DNA from: a virus | Lineage: Duplodnaviria > Caudoviricetes | IMG/VR virus record: IMGVR_UViG_3300037466_003648 | Location: 128,001 to 192,000 of that record | Direction: 5' to 3' (one strand) | Length of the DNA: 64,000 nucleotides | Shown here: positions 35,363 to 45,610 of the stretch, in pieces | Numbering within the stretch: position 1 is the stretch's first letter | Layout of the letters: every line of letters starts with the position of its first letter | The notes under the pieces: generated by a model | Seen by the model: only the letters and a program-made list of their open reading frames with translations | Database searches by the model: none | What the model was told of the DNA's origin: nothing | Translations under genes and position numbers: made by a program

Positions 35363-37122
35363 TACACCACCGCCTTGGTCACCGTGACCGTGCCACTGCC
35401 GTACGCGTACGTGTGGGTTGCTGTCTTTCCGTTTGCAACGTAGACCTTCGTTGCAATCGATCCGTCGCTGTTGTACGTGATGGTCAAGGTCTTGACCGTC
35501 GTCGCGCCGTTCTTCCAGGTCACCGTTGCCAAGGTCCCATCCGCGTTGAGCGTCTGGTCTTCCTCCAGGGTACCCGTCTCCATGTACGTGCCCATGTCTG
35601 GGAGCATCGTGGAGTCGATCACACCGCCTGCAGTCGTCTTGACGATCGCGTTAGCCGTGCTTGTAACTGCTGGAGCGGATCCCTGGAGTGTGATTGCATC
35701 GATGTCGTTGTCAGAGATCGAGCAACTGATTACTACCTTAGCAGTACTAAGTGGGATATTTCCGGCAACAAATGTGATCTTGGTTCCCGTGCGGGTGTAG
35801 TCGGTTCCTCGTACTTGGATCGCACCCGACTTCCACACCATCTCGTAACCACCCGTGGTGGGCAAGGTGTAGGTGGCGTTACCGGTTCCCGCGTCGGCAG
35901 CAACGATGGCCGGGACGGACATGGCACCCAGATCGGTGGCAGCGACCGACACACTGATCGTCACCTTCGACGTACTCAGTGGGATGTTTCCCGCCACAAA
36001 GGTGATCTGGTTGCCCGTGCGTGTGTAGTCGGTGCCGCGTACCTGGATCGCACCCGACTTCCATACCATTTCGTAGTTGCCCAGGTACGGGAGCGTGTAC
36101 GTGGCGTTGCCCGTACCCACATCTGCGGTGACCACCACGGGCACCGACATGGCGCCTGGCAGGTTGCCGATCGTGGACAACACACCTCCAGAGTAGGCAA
36201 TCGAAGTGCCATCGACCGCGTTATCCAACAACACCGTGCGATCGGCCCCATTGACACGCGTGAAGACGCCGCCGGTCGTGGTCCAGAAGTCTCCGTCCAG
36301 GGGTGTGGTGGGTGCGACGCCGTGCGGTAGATTCAACGAGGCTGCGCCTGCAGTTGCCGCTGACAACATGGTTCGTCCGTTCTCACTGACGGAGAACAGC
36401 AGCGTACCACCGGCCGCTGTGTTCGCGTTCGTGCGCACGGCGAACTTGCGCGTGGTGTCGCTGTTGTCCGAGTCGATCAAGACAATGACATCGGCCGTGG
36501 AATTGACCACCGTACCATTGCTACTATCGACAAACAGCCCGTTGTTGGCGTTGAGTCCCAGGTAGCTGGTTGGAACCGCGTTTGCCGTCGTCGCGGCAAT
36601 CGCGTGAACCGTTGCTGTCAACGTAGTGTTGTTGCTTGCATCGATCGCGCCAACCGTGATATTGCCATTGTCCGCCGCGTTGCGGAAGGTCAACAGGCCC
36701 GCGTTACCAATGACGACACTACCCTTGATGTACGCACCGTTGGTGGGTACCTTGCTCACATCAGCATAAGCACTGGATACGAGCAACTGACCAACATTGA
36801 CACCCACGGCAGCGCTGCCGTTAAGAAAGTTGATGGGGACCGTCGACCGCAGCTGACCGCTTGTCAAGGTCAGACCACTGGCACCCCCAACCGTCATGTT
36901 ACCGGCGAAGTTGGGGGTGGTGGCGTTGTACAGGGCGACGTTGGTCGACAGCGTGCTGTCCGCCAACCCGTTGGTACCCAAAGCAGCGTTGACGTTGGCG
37001 CCGTTGATCGAGATCGTGCCCGCGGACAGCCCGATGTTCGATCCAACGATAACGGCGCCGCGGACGGCGCCCGCAGCGAGGGGTAGGTGGTTGGCTGGGT
37101 AAAGGCTACCTTCGTAAGACAT
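35362..37122 (-). CDS. tail fibre protein
   Basis: 586 aa; internal tandem duplication of a ~68 aa module; YD-like C-terminus. Confidence 0.7.
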   Translation of the reverse strand: MSYEGSLYPANHLPLAAGAVRGAVIVGSNIGLSAGTISINGANVNAALGTNGLADSTLSTNVALYNATTPNFAGNMTVGGASGLTLTSGQLRSTVPINFLNGSAAVGVNVGQLLVSSAYADVSKVPTNGAYIKGSVVIGNAGLLTFRNAADNGNITVGAIDASNNTTLTATVHAIAATTANAVPTSYLGLNANNGLFVDSSNGTVVNSTADVIVLIDSDNSDTTRKFAVRTNANTAAGGTLLFSVSENGRTMLSAATAGAASLNLPHGVAPTTPLDGDFWTTTGGVFTRVNGADRTVLLDNAVDGTSIAYSGGVLSTIGNLPGAMSVPVVVTADVGTGNATYTLPYLGNYEMVWKSGAIQVRGTDYTRTGNQITFVAGNIPLSTSKVTISVSVAATDLGAMSVPAIVAADAGTGNATYTLPTTGGYEMVWKSGAIQVRGTDYTRTGTKITFVAGNIPLSTAKVVISCSISDNDIDAITLQGSAPAVTSTANAIVKTTAGGVIDSTMLPDMGTYMETGTLEEDQTLNADGTLATVTWKNGATTVKTLTITYNSDGSIATKVYVANGKTATHTYAYGSGTVTVTKAVV

Positions 37123-37149
37123 TGGATCCCCCGATCCGGTCGGGCGACC

Positions 37150-38580
37150 TTACATCACGTTCCACTCGGTGCCGTTGTAGACCAGCTCGCGGGAACCGTA
37201 GTTGGACTCGATGAGGTGGGTGGCCTGACCGTCGATCGTGCCCGCAGCCGGGGTGATTGTGATGGTGTTCGTGCCCGCATCACCCTTGCCGTCCTTGATG
37301 GTGAACCACTCGCCGTTGGTCGGCGTCGCAGGCAAGTTCACAACAGTCGCGGCACCCACGGTCTTGTTAATGATGACGATGTCGTCGGCCGTGGTCACGG
37401 TGACGGCACCGGCCGCCGTCACGACGCGGTTGGTGCGTACGATGGCTTGCGGGCTGACGGAGAAGACACCCGCCGACACGGCGATACCCGCACCCGCCTG
37501 CGCAGCGCCCAACGCCGCGGCGGTTGCCACGGGCAGGTCCAAGGGTACCAGAGCACGGTAAGCGGGCGCCGCAGCGCCACCGGAGGCCGGACCGGCCAAC
37601 ACCAGATTCGCGTTCTGGTTGGCGAACGACAGCGTGATCGAGCCGGTCGAAGCCGTGACCGACAGACCCGAACCGCTGACCGCAAAGGCGGTCACACCGG
37701 CGTTGCTGATGACGCCCGCGGTGATGCCCAGACCCGAACCCACCTGTACGGCACCGAACGCCGCGCCGGTTGCCAGGGGCAGCGTGCTCGCCGGGATGCT
37801 GTTAGCGCCCGTGATCTGCGCACCAGGGATGCCCGTCAGACCGGTAGCGGGACCCGTGAACTGCGTGGTCGCGGTGATGGTACCCGTCGACGTAATGTTG
37901 CCCGCACGGAACGCCTGCTCCGACGACGCGATGTACGCGGAGTCGTCCGCCTTCACCTTGGCGGTGGTCCAGCGCGAGTTGGCGTTGTCCCAGGTGATAC
38001 CCGGCATGTCATTGGCGACGGAGCTGCCGTTGGAGCCCACGTACACCGAGATACCGGTGGCTAGCGTGGGAGCGGGATCGCTCACGCCGACACCGGCCGA
38101 CGGCCAGTTCACCTGGATGATGCGGTCATTGAAGTCCACCGAGGTCGAGTTGACCTGGAAGGTGGTACCCGTGACGGTCAGGTTACCGTTGATGACGGTG
38201 TTGCCACCGATGGTGCCACCCGCGGAGTTGAACGGCGTGTAACCCAGGGCGGTGGTGATGTTCGTGCCGGTCAGCGAGATCGTGCCGGAGGCCAGCGTGA
38301 TGTTGGAGCCGACGATCACCGCACCGCGCGTGCCACCCGCGGCCAGGGGCAGCTGCGACGCCGTGAGCAAACCGCCGCTCAGACCGGCGTAGCCGTTCGA
38401 GGCGTTCTTGTTGGCCTGGTCTTCGGGGGTGTAGCCGAGCGCGTTGGTAACGTTGGTGCCGTTGATCGAGATCGTGCCCGCGGACAGCCCGATGTTGGTA
38501 CCAACAATGACGGCACCACGCACACCACCTGCCGCGAGGGGCAGGTGATTCGCGGGATAAAGACTACCTTCGTAGGACAT
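37150..38580 (-). CDS. tail fibre protein
   Basis: 476 aa; repeated LP.A....GAV.VG motifs; N-terminus nearly identical to 35362-37122. Confidence 0.7.
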   Translation of the reverse strand: MSYEGSLYPANHLPLAAGGVRGAVIVGTNIGLSAGTISINGTNVTNALGYTPEDQANKNASNGYAGLSGGLLTASQLPLAAGGTRGAVIVGSNITLASGTISLTGTNITTALGYTPFNSAGGTIGGNTVINGNLTVTGTTFQVNSTSVDFNDRIIQVNWPSAGVGVSDPAPTLATGISVYVGSNGSSVANDMPGITWDNANSRWTTAKVKADDSAYIASSEQAFRAGNITSTGTITATTQFTGPATGLTGIPGAQITGANSIPASTLPLATGAAFGAVQVGSGLGITAGVISNAGVTAFAVSGSGLSVTASTGSITLSFANQNANLVLAGPASGGAAAPAYRALVPLDLPVATAAALGAAQAGAGIAVSAGVFSVSPQAIVRTNRVVTAAGAVTVTTADDIVIINKTVGAATVVNLPATPTNGEWFTIKDGKGDAGTNTITITPAAGTIDGQATHLIESNYGSRELVYNGTEWNVM

Positions 38581-39747
38581 CTACTTGATCCTCCAGACGG
38601 TGCCGTCGAGGTAGAAGGTACGGCTTGCGTAGTCGGCACTGATCGTAGAGACGGGTTCGAGCGTGGTGCTGCCCCCGGCGACGAACGTGATGTTGTTGGT
38701 CGAGGCGTTTCCGCTGATGTCCTTGACCGTGACGGTCTTGCCGTAGTCCCAGGTACCCGGCAGCGTAATCGCCACCGGCCCGGCGCCATTGACGTGCACG
38801 GTGACGTCATCATTCTGAACCGTTGCGTTAGCAGTAACTGTGCGGAAGTTGGGCAAGTAACCCAGTGCCGCCCAGGTGCCTGGCGTGCCGTCCGCGATGC
38901 AGGTCCAGCCCGTTGCCAAACCGCGTGCGGGTAGGTTGTTGAGGACCACATCGCCGCGAACGTGTGCACCCGATCCCGGAGGCGCGCTGCCTTGGATCAG
39001 CTGGTTCGTAGACAGCAAGAAGGTACCCAACACCTGGACATCGTGCTGGAAGGTGTTGGTTGCGGCATCCGTGAGCGGGACTTCCGCGGGCATGTCGGTC
39101 TTCACCAGCAGGCGGAAGGTTGCTGCCTGGTCGGCGCCTGAGGTCGGACCCGCGAACACCTTGTGGGCTGCCTGCGAGCCGCCACCCACTGCCGCGGCAA
39201 TGCTGGTATCGGCACCCACCGCCGTGTAGGTCGTGCCGTTCCAGTTACCGACCACCACCTCATGGCTGGTCGGTGTGTAGGTTGCCAGCGTCACGCGCAG
39301 CGTGCCGTCGTCCTTCGCGACCAGATACTGGTTGGTGGCGTTCGTGAAACTGACCATGTAGTTGACCGTGGGCAGCGTGCAGTACAGTCCGTTGATCGCG
39401 ACCTCACCGGCTTGGAGCGTCAGGTTGACGCCGCCCGTCATCGTGCCGGTGTAGGAGGTCATAATCCAGTGCGCGCCGATCGCCGCGGCGAAGATCCTGC
39501 CGAACTGCGTGCGCTGCAGTTGCTCGGCAGCCACCGCGCGGTCGCTCTCGTCCCGGCGGGTGTCCTCCAGGTAGGCGAGGATGCCACGAATCTCCTCGTT
39601 ACGCAGGTTGAAGAGCGCTGCGGTAACGAAGTTGCCCGCCACGTACGCGCTGAGCAGCGAGTCGTCCGGCACACCGTAGGACTTGTTCATCAGCAGGGTG
39701 ATGGGTCCCTGCTGGGCACTGCTGTAGGCGGTGATGTTGTAGCTCAC
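38581..39747 (-). CDS. tail fibre / baseplate-attached protein
   Basis: 388 aa; shares AGP.SG...A.FR.LV..D.P and C-terminal TLP..IKD modules with 37150-38580. Confidence 0.6.
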   Translation of the reverse strand: MSYNITAYSSAQQGPITLLMNKSYGVPDDSLLSAYVAGNFVTAALFNLRNEEIRGILAYLEDTRRDESDRAVAAEQLQRTQFGRIFAAAIGAHWIMTSYTGTMTGGVNLTLQAGEVAINGLYCTLPTVNYMVSFTNATNQYLVAKDDGTLRVTLATYTPTSHEVVVGNWNGTTYTAVGADTSIAAAVGGGSQAAHKVFAGPTSGADQAATFRLLVKTDMPAEVPLTDAATNTFQHDVQVLGTFLLSTNQLIQGSAPPGSGAHVRGDVVLNNLPARGLATGWTCIADGTPGTWAALGYLPNFRTVTANATVQNDDVTVHVNGAGPVAITLPGTWDYGKTVTVKDISGNASTNNITFVAGGSTTLEPVSTISADYASRTFYLDGTVWRIK

Positions 39748-39756
39748 GACTTACTC

Positions 39757-41058
39757 CTACGACACGCTGTCCGTGACGCCCGACCACAGCCCATTCACGT
39801 CGTACGTGTGGTCCTGTGTGAAGGTCTTGCCGTCCGCCTCTTCGACCACCGAGGCCAGCGATCCGTTTGGGTTGTAGCTGAAGGTCACGGTCTTCACGAC
39901 CGTAGCGCCATCCGTGTACTGGATCCCTGCAATCGTGCCATCGGCGTTGGTGGTGACCACCTTGGTCAGCGTGTCCTGCTGGAGGTCGACGCCGTGGGTG
40001 ATGGTCACCGTGGTGTTGCTGCCCGGCCCCGCCGTGCCACTACCGGCCGAGAGCAACGTCGACATGAACGAGGCGGCCAGCGTGCTGCCGCTGGGCGGCT
40101 TGGTGCTGCCCAGGAACTGGATCTGACGACCCCGCACCACGAAGTCCTCGTACTGTGTGTAGAAGACCACCGACCCGTTCGAAAGCGTCGCGCGCAGCAC
40201 GATCGTGTCGGTCACGGGCGTCACGGCCAGCGTGAAGGTCTGGACCACACCATCCGGCACCGGGGTCGGCACCTCGCTGGCGAAGTAGATACCCACCACC
40301 GGGTAACCCCAGCTGACGGCCACGTCGTAGGGCTGCGCGGGGTTGTAGTGCAAGAGCACCGTGTGCGCGTCGAGATCCAGGGTGTAGTCATCCGCGCTCA
40401 GCAAGAAGCCGTAGTCGAGGATCTGCACCGAGCGTCCATGGTCCACGGGCAGGTTGAACAGACGCGGATTCCCGATGGCGTCAGGCTGCGTGATGCCGAC
40501 GATCGGGCGCATACCCGGACCACCGGAACCCCAGCATGCGCTGATGTCGTAGGTCGTCGCCGGTGTGTAGGTCAGCTGCACGACACCGGAGACGATCTTG
40601 AACTCGTCCCGGCGCAAGAGACGCCCGTGGTCCAGCACCTGCACGTTGACACCTGCCTCGGGCGGCAGCTGCCACATAGTAGGATCGCCACCCACCTCCG
40701 TGAGCGCGACCGGCACGGTCAGACCGCCGCGGCTGGCCGACCAAACCGCCGAAAGGTTGTACGGCGAAGCAGGATCGTAGGTCAGCAGGACTTCGTTGGT
40801 GGCGGTGTCGATCGAGAACTCGGTGACCTTGAGCATGCGCCCGTGGTCGAGCACGTTGAGGGTGCCCACCGCACCATCCGGGATCACCCAACGACGAATG
40901 GACGACCCCTGCTCCATGAGCACGGGCGAACCCACACCCGAATCGACGTCGCTCGCGCGCAGCGTCTGGGCCACGTTCAGCACGTAGGCAAGGGCGTCGT
41001 TGATCTTGCTGATGCCATCGCCGAAGAAGTCGGCGGCTTGCACCTGAGGGATCGTCAC
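39757..41058 (-). CDS. virion protein with 3-4 tandem beta-sandwich repeats and a YD-like C-terminus
   Basis: repeats VLDHGRML/VLDHGRLL/ILDYGFLL...L.Y.P...Y. Confidence 0.6.
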   Translation of the reverse strand: MTIPQVQAADFFGDGISKINDALAYVLNVAQTLRASDVDSGVGSPVLMEQGSSIRRWVIPDGAVGTLNVLDHGRMLKVTEFSIDTATNEVLLTYDPASPYNLSAVWSASRGGLTVPVALTEVGGDPTMWQLPPEAGVNVQVLDHGRLLRRDEFKIVSGVVQLTYTPATTYDISACWGSGGPGMRPIVGITQPDAIGNPRLFNLPVDHGRSVQILDYGFLLSADDYTLDLDAHTVLLHYNPAQPYDVAVSWGYPVVGIYFASEVPTPVPDGVVQTFTLAVTPVTDTIVLRATLSNGSVVFYTQYEDFVVRGRQIQFLGSTKPPSGSTLAASFMSTLLSAGSGTAGPGSNTTVTITHGVDLQQDTLTKVVTTNADGTIAGIQYTDGATVVKTVTFSYNPNGSLASVVEEADGKTFTQDHTYDVNGLWSGVTDSVS

Positions 41059-41061
41059 GGG

Positions 41062-41268
41062 TTAGCCTCCCGAGGTTTCGCGCAGCACTTCCAACACGTC
41101 GTCTGGCACGAGCTGGCCCGCGTTCATGGCTTCGGCAGCCTTCAGCATCGCACCGGAGACACGCTGAATCTGTTCGAGTGCGCGCTCTTCAGGACCCGGA
41201 TGGAACAACCACATCCCGGAGTTGGGACACACCACGTAGGGTGGCAAGCTTTGCGTGGGCGTGTTCAT
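41062..41268 (-). CDS. hypothetical protein
   Basis: 68 aa ORF with TAAGGAG RBS. Confidence 0.6.
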   Translation of the reverse strand: MNTPTQSLPPYVVCPNSGMWLFHPGPEERALEQIQRVSGAMLKAAEAMNAGQLVPDDVLEVLRETSGG

Positions 41269-41277
41269 GGCGGCTCC

Positions 41278-44200
41278 TTAGTTCGAGACCACGGCCGAGA
41301 TGTTGCGCAGCTGCGTGTAGAACTGCGGCGTGTCGGTCCGCACGTCGAGCTTCACGCGGAAGAGGTAGCTGCCACCCACCGCCGCGGGCGACAGGCCGGT
41401 CGCCGTAAAGGCAAGCGTGACGTAGGTGTCATCTACCGGTGTCGATCCCGCCTGCTGGGTCATGGTCACGTAGTTGAAGCTCAGCGCGGCAGCGGCCAGC
41501 GTCGAACCGCCTGCGGGCACCGCCGTCACCGAGGCATCGCCCGTCACGAAGGCCGAGCGGTTGTTGCGGTACGCGGTCAGGATACGGTTCGATCCAGAGA
41601 TCTTCACCGCCAGGGTGTACTGCGAGAACTGCGCCGTGAAGTATGCCAAGGCGCGCGTGGCGAAGTCGGCCAGCGTGCCCGTGCCACCCGTGTAGGTGTA
41701 GGTGCGCGAGATGCCGTCCAGCACCAACGTCAACTGGTCCCCCGTAACCGGCACACCCGAGAGGGTGGTCGAGCAGAGACCCAACGGATCGTCGACCATG
41801 GAAAGCTTGGCGGTCACCGCGGTGATGCCCGACAGGATCGAGAGGTCCAGAGTCACGCGTGCCTGGTTGTACTGTGGCACATTCGTCGCCAGGCGCGTGG
41901 GGTACACGGCCAGCGCGGCGGGCTCGAAGGCCAACAGCTTCGCGTTGGTGGTTGCCACCGCTGCCGAGACCGCCGTCGTGCCCCGCAGGGTCGCCTGCAA
42001 CACCAGCGAGGTCACGCGATGAGGCAGTGCTTGGGGATCCAGGGTGCCGTCTGCATCCACGGGCAGGGCGGTCGCCGTCGCGTTGCCGTCCATCTTGTAG
42101 CTCCATGCCAACGCGGCACCGCGCGGCACGAGCTGCTGCGCGCGTGCGATGATGAGGTCGAGACCGGGCAACACGGCGGCGCTGACCGGCTGGAAGACCA
42201 GCTGGTTGTCGGAGGCGCTGAACAAGCACTCCAGCAACTGGAAGGTCAGGCAGTTCTGGGTCTGGATGACCCAGCCGCCGCCATCGGTGCTGGAGTAGAT
42301 CGCACCGGTGATGGGGGCCGAGACCATCAAGGTGTTGTTCTGGTCGGCGTGGCCGACCACGGCCTTCTTGATGCCCCAGTTCTCGTCGGCTGCCTCGATC
42401 ACCACCGCGAAGGCGGTGTTGGCAGGGCAGAAGACCACGTCGTTGAACTCGATGCGCGTCTCGGCCACGGTGGAGAAGGTAGTGGAGCCCACCAGCAACC
42501 GCTTGCGTGCCAGAATCTCGTCACCCGGCTCGCCGTTGTTCAGCGTGTTGCGGATCTGCACCTCGACCCAGCCGCCACCCACCCGGCCGAAGAACAGGTT
42601 CAAGCCGCGGATGAAGACATCCCGCGTGTAGCTGAACGTCTGTGCCACCTGCACGAAGCGGTTCGCCGCCAGCGCATCGTGAGCGATCGGCAAGGTCGCC
42701 GTCGCGGCGGGCGTTGCCCCGTAGACCGTCGACGCCACGATCTGGTTGCTGGCGTTGATCAGGGAGATCGTGCGGGTGCTGTCGCCGGTCGCCGTTCCTG
42801 CCACCAAGGGAACGGCAGCGTTGGTGAAGGTGCCAGAGGTCACCGTGATGGTTACCGCTGCCCCCAACCCGTCCAATACCGGCTGACCGTCCACCGTGAC
42901 GGTGTAGATGCCGTTCGGGAGGTTGCGTCCCTCCATGGTCAGCGTCATTGCGGGCAGGTAGAGCTGACGCGCGGCAAGCCAGGGCGGCTGCTGCTTGCGC
43001 GTACGCCAGAAGCCACCTTCCAACGCGGTTGGTACGGTCTCGACGCTGCGGCTCTGCGTGTTCAGGAAGTTGAAGGCCGAGGCGCCTTGCGGGGCACCCG
43101 TGTAGTCACCGGTTACGACGGCCACCGTTGGGCGGGCCGCATTCGAGGCACCGCGCGGCACTTCCAGGTCGGGCGTGTTGTCAGGGCCGTGCGTCGCCCG
43201 CACGTTCACGATCTGGGTCGAACCCACCAAGCTGTGTCCCAGCACCGCGGCCTTGCTACCCACGAAGCAGGTCGTTTGGGTGGTGTCCACCGCCAGCGAC
43301 AACGTCTCCATGGTGAGGGTCGGCGAGAGCACACCCTTGTCGGGATCGATCTGGACGTTGCTCCAGGCAGTCGGTGCGCTGTTGATGTCCAGTGTGTCGG
43401 AGTTCACCAGCGCGTCCGTCAGCAGCCCGCGCAGAGCCAGGCCCGCGGCAGTCGACTTGTTGTACGATGCCAGCTTCAAGTCCTGGATCGCCGCGTTGTA
43501 GTTGATCTGGTCGATGGCGATCTTCAGCTGACGGGTCTCCTGCTGGGTGAGCGCCCGTACGGGGTACTCGTCCACACGCACGCTGGACGCATCGCTGTTG
43601 GCGGGGATGACCAGGTTCGCGATCGGCAAGACACCACGCGGCACGGTGGGTGCGTAGGCGGGCTTGTTCGACTGACCGGACTGCACCACGATCTGGTTGT
43701 CCTCGTCGATGTAGACGAGGTCCACACGGTCCAGCAGCCAACGGTAGGCCAGCGTGATGGGGAAGTAGTCGTTGGAGAGCGGCACACCCACGAAGCCGCG
43801 GTCGGTGTAGACCACATCGCCGCTCGTGTACGCCGCCGCCAGTGGATGGTCGATGCGCACGCGGTTGAGGGTCATCACCTCGGCGATCGTGCGGGTCTCG
43901 TCCGAGACGTCGGGCAGCGCCCCCGCCTGGAGCGCGAGGGTCATGCCCACGACCAGTCCGTCGTTCTTGTCGAGCGTGACCACGGTCGTACCCACGGTCA
44001 CCGTGACGGTGTCACTCTGCGGGGTGCTGGGCGCGCTGCTGCCCAAGGTCAGGGTCAGCGTGCCGCCCGCGCTGTCCGTCACGTTCACGGTGGCGCCGTT
44101 CACCCACGCGACGTTGTCGACGGGCGTGCCGGTACCGTAGGTGAACTTGTAACCGCTGGTGGTACCCGCCGCCACGGTCAGGGTGTACGTGCCGCTGGTC

Positions 44201-45600
44201 ACAAGCGTCGAGCCAATGGCCGCGATCGTCGTGTGCGTGTTGTTGGTGCCCTTGGTCGCCGTGTTGGGAACGGTGTTCGCTGCCAGTTCGGTGCTGGCGA
44301 TGCCGGGGTAGACGTACTGTGCGCGGTCCACACCGGTGTCCATCGCCGTGCCGTTGTTCAGGGCATCGGGGTAGTCTCCCGTCAGCTGCAGCGAGAGCTT
44401 GTCGGACGCGACCGTGTAGTCGGTGGTACCCGACAACGTCGCGTTGAAGATCCACACCGCGCGGATGTGGTGCGACGGCAGGCCGCTCGTGAAACGGAAG
44501 CCCTGCGTGGTCGGCGTGAAGTCCAAGGCAGCGTTGGTCACGTCATCGTAGACCGCCACGACCTTGAAGAGCGGCCCGAACGGGAAGCTCTTCTCGATGA
44601 AGATCTCGGTGGGATCGAGAGGGTTCTGGGTGAACGGGTACTGGTGGAAGTCGCCCGCGCGCTGAATCGCCACCAACAGGTTGAAGGTGTCCACCTGCTT
44701 GACCGGCAGCTCGACCGGCGTGATGGTGGCGACCATGGTGCCGTCGGCCGCGGCCACGGAGTGCAGCAACTCGCCCGTCACGGTCTCCGTGTCGAACTTC
44801 GCCTTGGTGATCAGCAGCGGCGTGCTGGTCTTGTAGCCCACCCGGCGTCCGTTGACATAGGCGGTGCCCCGATCGACCACCACGCGCAGCTGGTTGGCGT
44901 TGGCATCTTCCACGCGCACGGTCATGCCGTTGCCCGTGATGCAGTCGCCCGCCAGGTCCGCCGTGTACAAGACCAGGTTGCGATCGACCTCGTTCAGCAC
45001 GTCGTTGGACGAGATGCGCAGCTGGCCGTCGGACAACTCGTACAGGTCCAGCGCATCGGCCAGGTCGGCCGCGTTGGCGTCGGTCTTCACCGCGCACGTC
45101 ACGAGGAACGTGCGGCGGTAAGCACCTGGACCGCCTGCCGTGTCGTCGCCCACCACGATATTGTACAGCACCGGGTCTTCGACCTCGGTGACCGTGTCGG
45201 GCGTCACGCGCACTACGATCGTCTCACGGCCCGTGCCTTGGAGCGTGAGCGTTGTCTGGGGCACCGTGTGGAACAAGCCGTTGACGTAGACCTGGCCGGG
45301 GACGGCGGGGTCCTGCCACTCGATGTGCGCCAACTTGGGGTTCGACGACAGGTCGAGACGCAGCTGCAGCCCACGGGTCTGGCCGTCGCGCAGCACGAAG
45401 TCGCCGATGTCCTTGATGGCATCGAGCAGGATCTCCTGCATCTCGTTCAGTTCGGGCACCTGGGGTGCGGTGCCGGGTGTGAAGACGATCTGCTTCCAAC
45501 CCTTCGTGCGACCGCTGACGGTCTCGTCGCGACCGCCCACCGGGATGTCCTGGGCGTCCACGCCCGTTTGCGAGTAACGGCTGTAATACGGCTTGTCCAC
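41278..45600 (-). CDS. large baseplate wedge / fibre-attachment protein (DUF4815-like)
   Basis: N-terminal VFTPGTAPQVPELNEMQEIL; RLDRVDLV-like and GL..D.L.N motifs; position after the wedge genes. Confidence 0.7.
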   Translation of the reverse strand: MDKPYYSRYSQTGVDAQDIPVGGRDETVSGRTKGWKQIVFTPGTAPQVPELNEMQEILLDAIKDIGDFVLRDGQTRGLQLRLDLSSNPKLAHIEWQDPAVPGQVYVNGLFHTVPQTTLTLQGTGRETIVVRVTPDTVTEVEDPVLYNIVVGDDTAGGPGAYRRTFLVTCAVKTDANAADLADALDLYELSDGQLRISSNDVLNEVDRNLVLYTADLAGDCITGNGMTVRVEDANANQLRVVVDRGTAYVNGRRVGYKTSTPLLITKAKFDTETVTGELLHSVAAADGTMVATITPVELPVKQVDTFNLLVAIQRAGDFHQYPFTQNPLDPTEIFIEKSFPFGPLFKVVAVYDDVTNAALDFTPTTQGFRFTSGLPSHHIRAVWIFNATLSGTTDYTVASDKLSLQLTGDYPDALNNGTAMDTGVDRAQYVYPGIASTELAANTVPNTATKGTNNTHTTIAAIGSTLVTSGTYTLTVAAGTTSGYKFTYGTGTPVDNVAWVNGATVNVTDSAGGTLTLTLGSSAPSTPQSDTVTVTVGTTVVTLDKNDGLVVGMTLALQAGALPDVSDETRTIAEVMTLNRVRIDHPLAAAYTSGDVVYTDRGFVGVPLSNDYFPITLAYRWLLDRVDLVYIDEDNQIVVQSGQSNKPAYAPTVPRGVLPIANLVIPANSDASSVRVDEYPVRALTQQETRQLKIAIDQINYNAAIQDLKLASYNKSTAAGLALRGLLTDALVNSDTLDINSAPTAWSNVQIDPDKGVLSPTLTMETLSLAVDTTQTTCFVGSKAAVLGHSLVGSTQIVNVRATHGPDNTPDLEVPRGASNAARPTVAVVTGDYTGAPQGASAFNFLNTQSRSVETVPTALEGGFWRTRKQQPPWLAARQLYLPAMTLTMEGRNLPNGIYTVTVDGQPVLDGLGAAVTITVTSGTFTNAAVPLVAGTATGDSTRTISLINASNQIVASTVYGATPAATATLPIAHDALAANRFVQVAQTFSYTRDVFIRGLNLFFGRVGGGWVEVQIRNTLNNGEPGDEILARKRLLVGSTTFSTVAETRIEFNDVVFCPANTAFAVVIEAADENWGIKKAVVGHADQNNTLMVSAPITGAIYSSTDGGGWVIQTQNCLTFQLLECLFSASDNQLVFQPVSAAVLPGLDLIIARAQQLVPRGAALAWSYKMDGNATATALPVDADGTLDPQALPHRVTSLVLQATLRGTTAVSAAVATTNAKLLAFEPAALAVYPTRLATNVPQYNQARVTLDLSILSGITAVTAKLSMVDDPLGLCSTTLSGVPVTGDQLTLVLDGISRTYTYTGGTGTLADFATRALAYFTAQFSQYTLAVKISGSNRILTAYRNNRSAFVTGDASVTAVPAGGSTLAAAALSFNYVTMTQQAGSTPVDDTYVTLAFTATGLSPAAVGGSYLFRVKLDVRTDTPQFYTQLRNISAVVSN

Positions 45601-45610
45601 GAATGAACTC

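Noticed and set aside
35700-36150. ~200 bp near-duplicate in a fibre gene as a possible DGR template/variable repeat pair
   Set aside because: differences are mostly synonymous third-position changes of all base types, not adenine-specific; both copies are in frame; no reverse transcriptase in the window
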